A DNA stretch of 64,000 nt from Mobula birostris (lineage: Eukaryota). Both the position numbers and the translations under genes were made by a program. Under the pieces are notes generated by a model. It was not told where the DNA came from, searched no databases, and saw only the letters and a list, made by a program, of their open reading frames with translations. Of the stretch, positions 49,641 to 62,310 are shown piece after piece. Where the stretch lies: NCBI RefSeq assembly GCF_030028105.1, contig NC_092374.1, positions 189,417,074 through 189,481,073 of the forward strand. The letters are read 5' to 3'. Within the stretch, counting starts at the first letter, position 1; each line of letters begins with the position of its first letter.

Positions 49641-50967
49641 CTTACAGTCCTTCAGGTTTTCCACATCTCTCCTCCTTATCACCCCGTCATCTTGTTTCAT
49701 CAGCCCGTTATCTAAACACAGATTGTCTCATATTTAGTTTCCTTGCTTCACCTTTCCTACTCACTGCTTGCCCAGTTCCACATTCCCACCATCGGCGAGC
49801 TACTCATCAACAAATACTCCAAGGGCAGCCTGACTAGTGTCTTACAGAGGCTCAGCATTACCTCCCTGCTTTTATATCCTGTTCCCCTTGAAATAAATGC
49901 TAACACCGCATTTGTCTTCAGCCCCCACAGTAACCTCCTTCAATCCATTTGGGCAAGTTCTCTCTCATACCTTTGTAATTCTCTTTATTCATTTGTGATT
50001 ATGATACATGTGAGTTATGCTTCAACATCTCAAATTGCAGTATGAATTCAATCACATGGTGATCACTGCATGCTGGGTGCCTTTACGTTAAGCTCCCTAA
50101 TAAGATTGGGGTTATTACCAAAAAACCCAGTCTAGTATATCCTTTCCGCAAGTAGTCTCAAGCACAAGCTGCTCTAAAAAGCCATCTTGTAGGCAGTCAA
50201 CAAATTCTCTCTCTTGCGATCTGACAACAACCTGATTTTCCCAATCCCTTTGCATGTTGATGTCCCCATTACAATTGTGTCATTTCCCTTATTACATGCC
50301 TTCCCAGCTCCCTGTGCAATCTCAACCCCACATTTTGGCTACCATTTAGGGTGGAACACTGAGCAGGAGCATGTTATGGGATAAAGCAATAACCAATGAA
50401 AACTAATTTAGTAACCAGGATAGGCAGGGGCATAGTAAGCAGACGGAAATAAATAGACACATAAATTCAATTTATTTCAATGCACGAGGCTTCATAGATA
50501 AAGGGGAGAACCTCAAAGAATGATTGGCTCTGAGGACTGGGATTTTACAATAATAATTGAAAAATTGAATTAAGGACAGGATAGAGGCAAAGCAGATGTA
50601 TGGGTGAATGAAAAGGGGAAGTTACCTTTTTGTTTCTTGAGTCACTATTCAGAGGGCCCTCCTCGGGCTGATACAACAGTGTGGTCCTCTTCTAAGGAAA
50701 AGGAGCAGGATAAGATGTTGCAGTGGAAATCAGGGGATTTTGACTCAAGTGCCAAAATTGTATTACTTTTAAGATAGCGATGTGAAAAGATAGGAAGGTC
50801 CACAGTTTAAGTTGCTAAACTGGAGCAGGCCTAATTTTAAGGGAATTAGACAGGATCTAACAAAGAAGGATCTGCTGAACCTAATTGAATGGAAAGGAAT
50901 AAATTGCAAGGTGGAGGCCTTTAAGATTATGATATTAAGAGTCCAGGAGGAATATGTTCCTGTTCAG

Positions 50968-53930
50968 ATAGAACATAGAAACATAGAAAACCTACAGCAC
51001 AATACAGGCCATTCCGCCCAAAAAAGCTGTGCCGAACATGTCTTTACCTTAGAAGTTAACCAGCGTTACACATAGCCCTCTATTTTTCTAAGCTCCATGT
51101 ACCTATCCAGGAGCCTCTTAAAAGACCCCATTGTTTCCACCTCCACCACCTTCACCAGCAGCTCATTCCACGCATTCACCACTCTCTGTGTAAAAAACTT
51201 GCCACTAACATCTCCTCAGCACCTACTTCCAAGCACCTCAAAACTGTGCCTTTTCGTGCTAGCCATTTCAGCCTTGTTAAAAGGCCTCTGACTATCCACA
51301 CGATCAATGCCTGTCATCATCTTATACACCTCTATCAGGTCAGCTCTCATCCTCTGTCGCTCCAAAGAGAAATGGTCGATTTCACTTAACCTATTCTCAT
51401 AAAGCATGCCCCCCAATCCAGGCAACATCCAGGCATATAGATGAGGGTAGTGCAGTGGATGTGATCTATATGGATTTTAGTAAGGCATTTGACAAGGTTC
51501 CACATGGTAGGCTTATTCAGAAAGTTAGAAGGCATGGGATCCAGGGAAGTTTGGCCAGGTGGATTCAGAATTGGCTTGCCTGCAGAAGGCAGAGCGTGGT
51601 GGTGGAGGGAGTACATTCAGATTGGAGGATTGTGACTAGTGGTGTCCCACAAGGATCTGTTCTGGGACCTCTACTTTTCGTGATTTTTATTAACGACCTG
51701 GATGTGGGGGTAGAAGGGTGGGTTGGCAAGTTTGCAGATGACACAAAGGTTGGTGGTGTTGTAGATAGTGTAGAGGATTGTCAAAGATTGCATAAAGACA
51801 TTGATAGGATGCAGAAGTGGGCTGAGAAGTGGCAGATGGAGTTCAACCCGGAGAAGTGTGAGGTGGTACACCTTGGAAGGACAAACTCCAAGGCAGAGTA
51901 CAAAGTAAATGGCAGGATACTTGGTAGTGTGGAGGAGCAGAGGGATCTCGGGGTACATGTCCACAGATCCCTGAAAGTTGCCTCACAGGTGGATAGGGTA
52001 GTTAAGAAAGCTTATGGGGTGTTAGCTTTCATAAGACGAGGGATAGAGTTTAAGAGTCGCAATGTAATGATGCAGCTCTATAAAACTCTGGTTAGGCCAC
52101 ACTTGGAGTATTGTGTCCAGTTCTGGTCACCTCACTATAGGAAGGATGTGGAAGCATTAGAAAGGGTACAGAGGAGATTTACCAGGATGCTGCCTGGTTT
52201 AGAAAGTATGCATTATGATCAGAGATTAAGGGAGCTAGGGCTTTACTCTTTGGAGAGAAGGAGGATGAGAGGAGACATGATAGAGGTGTACAAGATAATA
52301 AGAGGAATAGATAGAGTGGATAGCCAGCGCCTCTTCCCCAGGGCACCACTGCTCAATACAAGAGGACATGGCTTTAAGGTAAGGGGTGGGAAGTTCAAGG
52401 GGGATATTAGAGGAAGGTTTTTTACTCAGAGAATGGTTGGTGCGTGGAATGCACTGCCTGAGTCAGTGGTGGAGGCAGATACACTAGTGAAGTTTAAGAG
52501 ACTACTAGACAGGTATATGGAGGAATCTAAGGTGAGGGCTTATATGGGAGGCAGGGCTTGAGGGTCGGCACAACATTGTGGGCCGAAGGGCCTGTACTGT
52601 GCTGTACTATTCTATGTCTATGTCTATGTCTATGTCTAAATATCTCCTACACCATTTCTATGGTTTCCACATCCTTCCTGTAGTGAGGTGACCAGAACAG
52701 AGCATAGTACTCCAAGTGGTGTCTGACCAGGGTCCTATATAGCTCCAACATTACCTCTCGGCTCTTGAACTCAATCCCATGATTGATGAAGGCCAGTACA
52801 CCATATGCCTTCTTAACCACAGAGTCAACCTGTGCAGCAGCTTTGGGTGTCCTATGGACTTGGACCCCAAGATCCCTCTGACCCTCCACACTGCCAAGAG
52901 TCTTACTGTTAATACTATATTCTGCCTTCATATTTGACCTACAAAACTAAACTACCTCACACTTATCTGGGTTGAACTCCATCTGCCACTTCTCAGCCCA
53001 GTTTTGCACCCTGTCAATGTCCCACTGTAACCTCTGACAGCCCTCCACATTATCCACAACACCCCCAACATTTGTGTCATCATCAGATTTACTAACCGGG
53101 TTGCAGTGCTGTTTCCTTATTCAAGAAAGGGAGTAGAGGTAGAGTACCTCAGCTATCTCCTCCAGTTGCATACACACTTTCCGCTGTCACACCTGATTGA
53201 CCCTATACTCTCACGTCTTATTCTCTTGCTCTTCACATACTTGTAGAATGCCTTGAGGTTTTCCTTAATCCTGTCCACCAAGGCCTTCTCATGGCCCCTT
53301 CTGGCTCTCCTAATTTAATTCTTAAACTCTTTCTTGTGAGGCTTATAATCTTCTAGATATCTATCATTACCTAGTTTTTTGTACCTTTCGTAAGCTCTTC
53401 TTTTCTTCTTGACTAGATTTACAACAGCCTTTGTACACCATGGTTCCTGCAGCCTATCATCCTTTCCCTGTCTCATTGGAATGTACCAGTGCAGAACTCC
53501 ACACAAATATCCCCTGAGCATTTGCCACATTTCTGCAGTACCTTTCCCTGAGAACATCTGTTTCCAATTTATACTTCCAAGTTCCTACCCGCTAGCCTCA
53601 TATTTCCCCTCTCTCCAATTAAACACTTTCCTAATTTGTCTGTTCCTTTCCCTCTCCAATGCTATGGTAGAGGAGATAGAATTGTGATCACTATCTCCAA
53701 AATGCTCTCCCACTGAGAGATCTGACACCTCACCAGGTTTGTTTCCCAATACCAGATAAAGTACAGCTTCTCCTCTTGTAGGCTTATCTACATATTGTGT
53801 CACAAAACCTTTCTGAACACACCTAACAAACTCCACCCCATCTAAACCCTTTGCTCTAGGGAGATGCCAATCAATAGTTGGGAAATTAAAATCTCCCACC
53901 ACGCCAACCCTGTTATTATTACAACCTTGT
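50968..53930 (-). mobile_element. Older CR1 (minus strand), split by a younger plus-strand CR1 at 51435-52637
   Basis: CR1 3' end at 50968-51430 resumes at 52638; endonuclease relic VGDFNFP at ~53890. Confidence 0.88.
51435..52637 (+). mobile_element. Young 5'-truncated CR1 with an uninterrupted 368-aa RT-to-C-terminus frame (51455-52561)
   Basis: MDFSKAFDKV, PQGSVLGP, FADD, all without stops; (tctatg)n tail. Confidence 0.95.
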
Positions 53931-54699
53931 TATTATTAAGATGAGCAGCAAGACTGGTAAATACAGGGATATATGGGTGGTGAGCTAGTGAGTCTCTCGT
54001 CTAACAAAAGAAGGAAGAATGCATTAGGTTTAGAAGCCAGTTCCGAGGCCCAGGCTTGCAAATCTGTTCCATGATTGCATGCCAGAAATTACACTCACCA
54101 TATTATTTTCCTGTTACTGTCAGATCCTCTGCATTTGCGGGTCTTATATCAGACCCTTACATTTTCTGAATATATTCCTGGGTGACTGGACTCGGTATTT
54201 TGAGATAAGAGACTGCAGATGCTGGAATCTGTAGAAGCAGACAAAACGCTTGAGTATTCAACGTGTAAAGCAGCAGATAAATGGACATAAATGGACATAA
54301 TGGATAAATGGACAAATGAAGGGTCTGGACACGGACAAGAAACGTCGACAGTACATTTCCCTCCAGAGCTGTTGCCGGAGCTGTTAAGCAGTTTCTCACA
54401 GAGTCAGCGTTTTGTCACAATCATAGAAAACGACAGCGTGGAAACAGGCCGTTCGATCCATCTAGTCTGCGATGAACTGTTATTCTGCCTAGTCCCATCG
54501 ATCCACAAATGGACCATAGATCTCAGTACCCCTTTCATCCATGTACTCATCCAATCTTCTCTTAGATATTGCAATCGAACCCCCATCCACCCACTCTGCT
54601 GCTGTTTTATACCTAGTTTGTTCTTCACTTTGTCCCTATTTGCTGAATATACTGTAGCTGTGTTCCGTCCCTTAACTAAAGGTGCTGTAGCCAGTCGTA

Positions 54700-54900
54700 A
54701 CCTGTCCGCAGCTTCAGAGCGTGGCGGAACTACTGTCTCACAGCTCCGGGAACCCGGGTTGGATCCAACCTCCGGTGCTGTCTGTGTGGAGTCTGGACGT
54801 TGTACCGGTGATCGCTCAGGTTTCCCCGGATGCCCCGATTTCCTACCACCTCCTAGAGACGGTAGGTTAATTAGTCGTGAGAAGCTAATCGGAGCGTTTT
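54700..54900 (+). mobile_element. tRNA-derived CORE/HE1-like SINE
   Basis: gggttggatcc B-box-like motif followed by tccggtgctgtctgtgtggag. Confidence 0.7.
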
Positions 54901-55179
54901 GATGAATGGCAGAGTGTGAAGCAATTGATGGCGATACGAAGAGAATTAAAAATGGGCTCATGTAGCATTGGTGAAAATGGGCAGATAAAGATCGGCGTGG
55001 ATTCTGTTGTCTGTTCGGGCGCTGTCTGTTTGAATGAAATGGATAAAAAGTGAATGGAAAGTTGAGGAAAATTAAGTTGTAGGAGTACGGGTACAAGGGG
55101 CGAATATCGATGGGACCGCTCAGCTAACAGCTGACGTCGAGCCCGATTAACAACTGAACGTTCGCACTTCACTCTCGAA

Positions 55180-55318
55180 TCTCCCTTTCAAACTGTTCTC
55201 TTTCCCCACCCCTTTCTCTGCTCATGCCCCTGAGCGATATGAGCAAATCGAGCGTAACGGAACCACATTTGCGTGAAGAGTACCACATTTAGATGACCAT
55301 CTTCGCTTCACAGAAGAC
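55180..55318 (+). promoter_or_regulatory. Putative proximal promoter/5'UTR of gene B with two RUNX-type ACCACA sites
   Basis: CpG-rich; AACCACA at 55261 and TACCACA at 55281; homologous to 4180-4282. Confidence 0.4.
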
Positions 55319-55388
55319 ATGGCCAGGACAGCTTCTGGGATCCTCTCCGGCGTCATGATTATTTACCTGCTGTTGAGCGATTCGGGAG
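55319..55388 (+). CDS. Gene B exon 1, signal peptide MARTASGILSGVMIIYLLLSDSG (continues VLA-ETD in exon 2)
   Basis: ATG at 55319 in gacATGG context; hydrophobic core; phase-1 donor G|GTTGGT. Confidence 0.82.
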
Positions 55389-55516
55389 GTTGGTTCTCGC
55401 TTAAACTGGTGGGGGAAGGTGGTGGAAGGGTTAAACATTGAAACCGAGGTACGAGTTGTTGCTTCGTTGTTCTGGCTTTTTTGAATGTTTTGAATTTCCA
55501 ATCTCGATAATCTTGT

Positions 55517-55925
55517 CATAGAGACATAGAAAACCTACAACACAATACAGGCCCTTCGGCCCAGAGTGCTCTGCTGAACATGTACTTACTTTAAAAATTA
55601 TCTAGTGTTACCCACAGCCCTCTATTTTTTAAAGATCAATGTACCTGTCCAGGAATCTCTTAAAAGGCCCTATTGTATCCGCCTCCACCAGCGTCGCCGG
55701 CAGCACATTCCACGCACTCACCACTCTGCGTAAAAACAAACTTACCTCTGACATCTCCTCTGTACCTACTTTCAAGAAACCTAAAACTGTACCCTCTCGT
55801 GTTAGCCATTTCAGCCCTGGGAAAAAGCCTCTGACTATCCACACGATCAATGCCTCTCATCATCTTATACACCACTATTAGGTCACCTCTCATCCTCCGT
55901 CGCTCCAAGGAGAAAAGGCCGAGGG
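55517..55925 (-). mobile_element. CR1 3' fragment in gene B intron 1
   Basis: ERRRMRGDLI...RGIDRVDSQRLFP. Confidence 0.85.
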
Positions 55926-57075
55926 TGTCGCAATAATTTTCAGCCCAGTTCTTTCAAGCCAGCCAGTATCTTATGGAGCAATGAAGGACATGTTCTCCTT
56001 TTTCAAAGAAAGGAACTTCCCATCCTTGACCATCAACTCTGCCTTCAGCCGCGTGTCTTCCACATCATGCACGTATGCCCTCACCCCATCCTCCCGCCGG
56101 CTTACCACGGATAGGGTTCCTCTTGTCCTTGCCTACCACCAGCCTTGGCATCCAGCACATAATTCTCCGTAACTTCTGCCATCTCCAAAGGGATCCCAGC
56201 AGCAAGCATATTTTACCCTCCTGCCCCCCCCCCCTCACTTTCTACTTTCCGCAGGGATGGCTCCCTATGCGACTCCCTTGTCCATTCAGCCCTCCCCGCT
56301 GATCTCCTCCTGGCTCTTATCCTTGCAAGCGGAACGAGTGCTACACCTGCCTCTACGCCTCCTCCCTCACTACCATTCAGGGCCCCAAACAGTCCTTCCA
56401 GGTGAGGCGACATTTCACCTGTGCATCTGTTGGGGGTCATATACCGTGTCCAGTGCTCCCAGTGTGGCCTCCTGTATATCGGTGAGACCCGATGTAGATT
56501 GGGAGGCCGTTTCACTGAGTACCTAAGCTCTGTCCGCCAGAAGAAGTGAGATCTCCCAGTAGCCATCCATTTTAATTCCACTTCCCATTCCATTAAGTCA
56601 ATCCATGACCTCCTCTACTGTCGCAATGAGACCACACTCAGGTTGGAGGAACAACACCTTGTATTCCGTCTGGGTAGCCTCCAACCTGATGGCATGAACA
56701 TCAGTTTATCGAACTTCTGGTAATGCCCACCCTCCGCCTTCACCATTCCCCATCCCCTTTTTTCTCTCTCATCTCCTTGCCAGACGATCATCTCCCTCTG
56801 GTGCTATTCACTGTTTTTCTTTCTTCCATGGCCTCTCCTATTACATTCCCCCTTCTCCAGCCCTGTATCTCTTTCATTAATCAATTTCCTAGCTCTTTAT
56901 TTCAAACCCCCTCCCTCAGCCCGATTTCACTTATCACCTTGTGTTTCTCCCTCCCTTTCCCCTCACCCTTTAAATTTCTTTTCCCTCCGGTCCTGATGAA
57001 GGGTCTTAGCCCGAAACTACACTACGTTCCGTAGATGCTCCCTGATTTACTGAGTTCCTCCAGCATTTTGTTTGT
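55925..57075 (+). mobile_element. Penelope-like element 3' part with GIY-YIG endonuclease
   Basis: GVIYRVQCSQCGLLYIGETRCRLGGRF at ~56430-56510; LEEQHLVFRLGSLQPDGMNI; broken hammerhead at 56988-57017. Confidence 0.88.
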
Positions 57076-57514
57076 GATATTGTGGAGGTGATATTGTTTG
57101 TTCTTTTATGCACGTTTGCTGCTGCAGATCGGGGCGTTGAGGGGGTGGGGGAGGAGTGTTTCTGTACAGACACTCAGTGCCTGACTGAGACAAAATGTCT
57201 GCCTCTCACGCTGTCGCGAGCACACAGTGTTGCTCGGAATAAAGTGTGAAACCGATTAACGATCAAAAGGTGTAGAAAATAAATCCGAGGTTGTGTTACG
57301 ATGTAGGAGCATAAATTACCAGGTTTATATTTGGTCTGGAAATTGTGGAAATACCTGTATAGAACGGCATTGCAAACTGTGTGATTAGAATGTACTTAAT
57401 TTCAAAATAGTTCATTTTCGTAAAATGTAATGGCAAACATTGAAGTTAGTGTTAAATAAATGATTAGGAGATTATCAGCTCAGCAACAGCTTTTTCCATA
57501 CTCCCATCATATCA

Positions 57515-59000
57515 GAAACATAGAACAGCACCGCACAGTACAGGCCTTTCGGCCCACTATGTCATGCTGAACCTTTATACTCCAGCATCAATATAATGCT
57601 TCCCTCCCGCATAGCCCTCCATATTTCATTCATTTATGTATCTATCAAAGATTCTTTTAAATATCTCTAATGAATCTGCCTTTACCACTACCCTTGGCAG
57701 CCCATTCCAGTCATTCACCACTCTCTGTGCAAAAGATCAACCTCTGACAACAGGTTAACCCTATCTCTACCCTCCCCATACTTTCTTCCAATCGTGTTAA
57801 AATTATGCCATTTAATATTAGCCATTTCCGTCCCATGAAAAGTGTTCTGCCCGACTACTTTATCAGTGTGTCTTGTCATCATACACACCTCTTATCAAGT
57901 CATCTCTCACTCTTCTTCACTTCAAAGAGAAAAGCTCTAGCTTACTAAATCTTTCCTCTTAAAAATGCCCTCTACTCCAGGCAGTCTCATTTGCACATTT
58001 CCATATCCTTCCTATAAGGAGACCTGAAGAGAAGACAATACTCCAAGTGTGGTCTAAGCAGATTGAGTTACATAACGGCTCTTTAACTCAGTTCCCTGAC
58101 TCATGAAAATCAACATACCATATGCCATTTTAAACACACTATCGACTTATGCAGAATCTTTGAGGGATATATCAACATGGACCCCGAGGTTTCTTTGTTC
58201 CTCCTCACTAAAAGGATCCTGCCATTAACTTTGTACTTTGCCTTCCAGTTCGACCTTCCAAAGTGTTTCACTTCACACTTACCGAGACTGAACTCTATCT
58301 GTCATTTCTCAGCCAATTTTCTGCATCCTATCTTTGTTCCATTTAGAACTCTTCTCAGCCCAATTCTCTACATCATACCAATGTCCAATTTCAACCTATG
58401 ACAACCTTTTATGCTATGCACAACACCACTAAACTTTGGGTCATCTGCAAACGTACTAACCACCTTATCATTCCCTCATCCAAGTCATTTATAAAATTCA
58501 CAATAGGTAGTTTCCCAGAAGAGATCACGATGGAATAGTACTGGTCATTGAATTGTAGGTAGGCTCTACTCTATCTACTACCACCGTCTGCCTTCTGTGG
58601 GCAAGCCAATACTGACTCCACACAGCCAAGGTCCCCTGGATTCCATGTCTTCTGACTTTCTGGATGAGGATTATCAAATTTCTCACTGAAATCCATGTAC
58701 ACCACATCTACTACTGTACATTCATCACAATGTTTTGTCAGTTCCTTGAAGAATTCCGTCAACCTTGTAAGACACTGCCTGCCCTTTATAAAGTTATGCA
58801 GACTAATTATAATCAATCTATCTTCACTAAATTTGAATAAATTCTGTCTCCAATAGTTTGTCCACCACTAACATAAGACTCACTGGTCTATAATTTCCAT
58901 GAAATTGCTTTTCGTAAACAGAGGAATAACATTTAACATCCTCCAGTATGCACCTCTATTCTTGACAGACCTGTAAAACCCTAATACAGTCTCAACTTGC
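57515..59000 (-). mobile_element. Degenerate CR1 RT fragment
   Basis: VVYMDFSEKFD and CLTRLTEFF; catagaacagc tail. Confidence 0.8.
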
Positions 59001-59299
59001 TCTAATGTCATTATGTTATTTTTGTTTATTTGACCCTTTGTCAGTTTGCCTTCCATTCTCCTTTCATCCTCTGTCACGGATTTGCAGAGCAAATGTGGGC
59101 ATTCTTATCAGAATTTGGGTTAGCTACGCAACCCCTGGGCATCAACCAATAGCAGAGTTGCAGGGGTAGGATGGTTGAATTGTGGGAAGCTGAACTTACT
59201 CAAATGGTACACACCCACTCATGGAAAGAGTAAAAAAGGAATAAAAAAGACAAACTGACATTTAACTGAGTAATAAATTATGCACTTCAATGAAAAATA

Positions 59300-59500
59300 A
59301 ACCGCCTAGTGTTGTCGAGGCATCAGCGCCAGACTTTGCGGCAAATGGTCCCTAGTTCGAATCCAGCATGCTCCTTGCGTGCTTTCCATCCATGCTGTGT
59401 GGAGCGTTTAGCTAGCGACTTGGCCTCATAAACAACAGTCAAATGCCGTGGAAATGGCAAAAATAAATGCTGCACAAGGCATGAGAAAAGAACAGCCATG
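59300..59500 (+). mobile_element. tRNA-derived SINE of a second family
   Basis: B box GTTCGAATCC at 59355-59364 followed by ctagcgacttggcctc. Confidence 0.55.
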
Positions 59501-59789
59501 AAAAACAGAGCAAATTAAAACAATAACAACATGACTACAGTACTACAGAAACATATATTATTTCTTAATAGATTTCAATGGAAACTGTGTAAACTGCTGT
59601 GTTCTTTTGGTTCACTGAAAATGAACAAAATCAGTGCCAACACCTAGTGTAGATAGGGTAGATAGACTGCCTTCATACAATCATTTCGATGATTGCATCT
59701 GAACAAATCTTCATTTTCATTGTAACATTGAAGATGATTGCCAATACCTTCAAACTCTTCATAATTCCTAACTTGTTAAAGTACTGAAT

Positions 59790-60093
59790 CATTTTATTTC
59801 CACTCCTGGCCTTTTCTGGCATTTCTCACCCTGGAAATTGCTGTGCATGAATAAACCAAATCAACATTTTCTGAGATACTGAAACCTCCCCACTTGGCAT
59901 CAACAATCATTCCATTGTCAAATTCACTGAGATCACATCTCTTTCTCATTCTGATGTTTGATCTGAACAACTGAACCCATTGACCATGTCTGCATGCATG
60001 TATGATTTGAGTTGCTGCCATACGATTGGCTGATTAGATGTTTGCATTAATGAGGTGTTGCACAGGGGTAGTTAATGAGGTGACCTTTGAGTG
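59790..60093 (-). mobile_element. Tc1-like transposon 5' fragment
   Basis: MRKRCDLSEFDNGMIVDAKWGGFSIS; degenerate TIR ending gagtg followed by TA; same family as 34443-34979. Confidence 0.75.
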
Positions 60094-60755
60094 TATCTAT
60101 TGTAGTTTACAGGATCTGATCCTTCTCCCACCGCTTCTCTTCTCCATCCTGTACTTTGTTGCCAAGGTCACCATTACTGCTCAATCCAAACTGCCCTTGA
60201 CAAGTGCTGGTAAGCTGCCTTCTGGAACAGTTTCAGTCCTCCTGGGGAAGGTGCTCGCTCAGTGGTGTTGGGGAGGGAGTTCCATGATCTAGAGCCAACA
60301 ATGATAAATGTTGAGCCAACGCAATGAAACTGTGGCAAAAAATATATAAACTGCTGGAGGAACTCAGCGGGTCAAGCAGTCTCAGTGAGGGAAACTAGTG
60401 ATGCAGGGTTTCTATCAAAAACATTAATCATTCCCCCTCCTGCCATAGAAGCTGTTTGAAATGCTGATCTCCTCCAGCAGATTATTTCCTGTTCTATGTA
60501 TCACAGCCTTGCGTGGAGCATAGCTGTTCTATCAGAAATCAACTTTTGTGTTTTAATTGCTTTCTTCCATGGTTATTAGATAACATGCGTGCCACTGAGG
60601 TAAAAGAGCATCCCCTCATTATGTGGTGGTGCTCTCATGTGGCTGCTTCCCCTTCTCCCTCAGATTTGGGACCATGCTAGAGTTGCCATGCTGTGGAAAT
60701 GTGGACACCAACACACTGGGACTAATTACTCTAATGGTTTGTCCTTCTGTTTCAG

Positions 60756-61082
60756 TTCTGGCAGAGACTGATGGGAATCTGGCTACTCGTCGTGTGGTGA
60801 ATGGGACACTGGGACAGTCAGTCACTTTGCCAGGAAATATGCCAGGAGAAAACATTTCAGTCACTTGGGACTATACAAATTCATCTCATCAAAAAAAGGT
60901 TCAATTATGTATGAAATATAAAAACAATCCAACAGATTGTAACAGAAAGAGGATCACATTAAACCCGAAGGACTATAGCCTGGAAATACAGAACCTAACA
61001 GGCAGTGATGAAGGTCTGTATGAAATAAATGCAAGGACCGATACAGATATTCATCATGAAGTGATGGAACTGCGAATTTATG
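60756..61082 (+). CDS. Gene B exon 2, IgV-like domain
   Basis: Acceptor tccttctgtttcAG at 60754-60755; VLAETDGN...GQSVTL...TWDY...YSLEIQNL..DEGLYEI...LRIYG; donor G|GTAATA. Confidence 0.92.
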
Positions 61083-62019
61083 GTAATATTATTTTAATTA
61101 AAAGATGTGCTGCTATATAACATTTTTAAGCAGAAAGAAGCAAGCGGAAATGTTTATGGCCTGAATCAAAGTCTGTGGGATACACAAGGCAGAGGGAATG
61201 CTGAAAGACTGTTCAGATGCAGCACTTGTTTTCATTAAGGACCCGTTCCAAAGCACTGTCTGTTTATTGTATGACTTAGTATGATCTCTTAATGTGAATT
61301 CTTGCTGCCACCTGTGTACTCATCCTTCTGTCCTAAAAGCCACATTGCTCAATAGTGAGTTGGTACGTCGGCAGCATTAATATCTTCCCCTTACTATTTG
61401 GAAGGAGAATTGTACGGAGCAGAACAGAAGTGAAAGTGAAGGACAGGAGACAAAGGTGCTGGTCTACTGAGCTTCATTTCAGAGAATCCAGATGGAACAT
61501 AGAGAACATGGGGAAGGAATGTTCCTAGTACTCTCAAAGCTGTTGATACAAGATCCATTTGTGTCTCCTTATCTAAAACGTGACATTCATGGGAGTCCTA
61601 ACTAAATGTCAGCAGTACGGTTCCTGGGATAGAGGGAAATCCCATACAAAAGACAGAGTGGAGTACACCTGTATTACTTAGAGCTTAAAAAAATGAGAGG
61701 TAAACTCACTGAAACTTAAGAACTAGATCTTCAAGGTCTTAAGACAGTGGATGCTTGGGCCCAGCCTTAGAAGGCTAGAATCAGCATAATGGGTAGGTCT
61801 ACTCTGGAAGACTGGGGAGCCCTAACTATTAAGGTGTATTAATACTAAAGTAGATAGATGTTTTGTATATTAAAGGAATTAGGATAGTGTAAAAATGAGA
61901 TTGATGAATGGCAGAGGAGATTTCTCCTGGTCCTATTTCCAAAGTTCTTGCGAGAGGCTCATGGCTAATACCTATTTGTTGATAACCATTATCTTTATTT
62001 GTGTTTTTCTTATAAACAG

Positions 62020-62310
62020 AATCTGTATCAACACCAGTAATAAAGAGCAGCAAGTTCAACTCAGATGAGGTATGTAACATTAGTTTGCGCTGTTCACTGG
62101 AGCGTGGCACGGAGCCAGTTTACACTTGGTGGACAGGAGGTGATGAGGTCACGGCCGATGAGTCACATGTACTGACTGACAGAGGGAGAAAACTGGAATT
62201 GTCCGTAAGGCTGAGTGAGAACAACGCAGTGTACAACTGCGCAGTGAGAAACCCTGTCAGTGAGGCAGCTACGAGTGTGAATCTCAGAAGGCTCTGTCTG
62301 ATCACTGAAG
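62020..62310 (+). CDS. Gene B exon 3, IgC2 domain
   Basis: Acceptor tttttcttataaacAG; ESVSTP...CNISLRC...YTW...YNCAVRNPVS...LCLITE; donor AAG|GTTGGT. Confidence 0.92.

Larger units (their letters stand above)
55319..62310 (+). other. Gene B: CD2/SLAM-family receptor paralog, 5' three exons; remainder lies beyond the window
   Basis: Leader, IgV and IgC2 exons all have canonical AG/GT sites in phase 1 and join into an uninterrupted frame. Confidence 0.88.

Noticed and set aside
51455-52561. The 368-aa RT ORF as a host gene or prokaryotic-type RT system
   Set aside because: It is collinear with many CR1 copies in the window, 5'-truncated, and ends in a CR1 microsatellite tail.
59300-59370. tRNA gene
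   Set aside because: Only a B box is clear, no cloverleaf can be drawn, and it continues into a SINE-like body.
9998-62310. A single four-domain V-C2-V-C2 receptor (Ly9-like) spanning both Ig pairs
   Set aside because: The second pair has its own leader exon (55319-55388) and duplicated upstream region, and a TM exon lies between the pairs.
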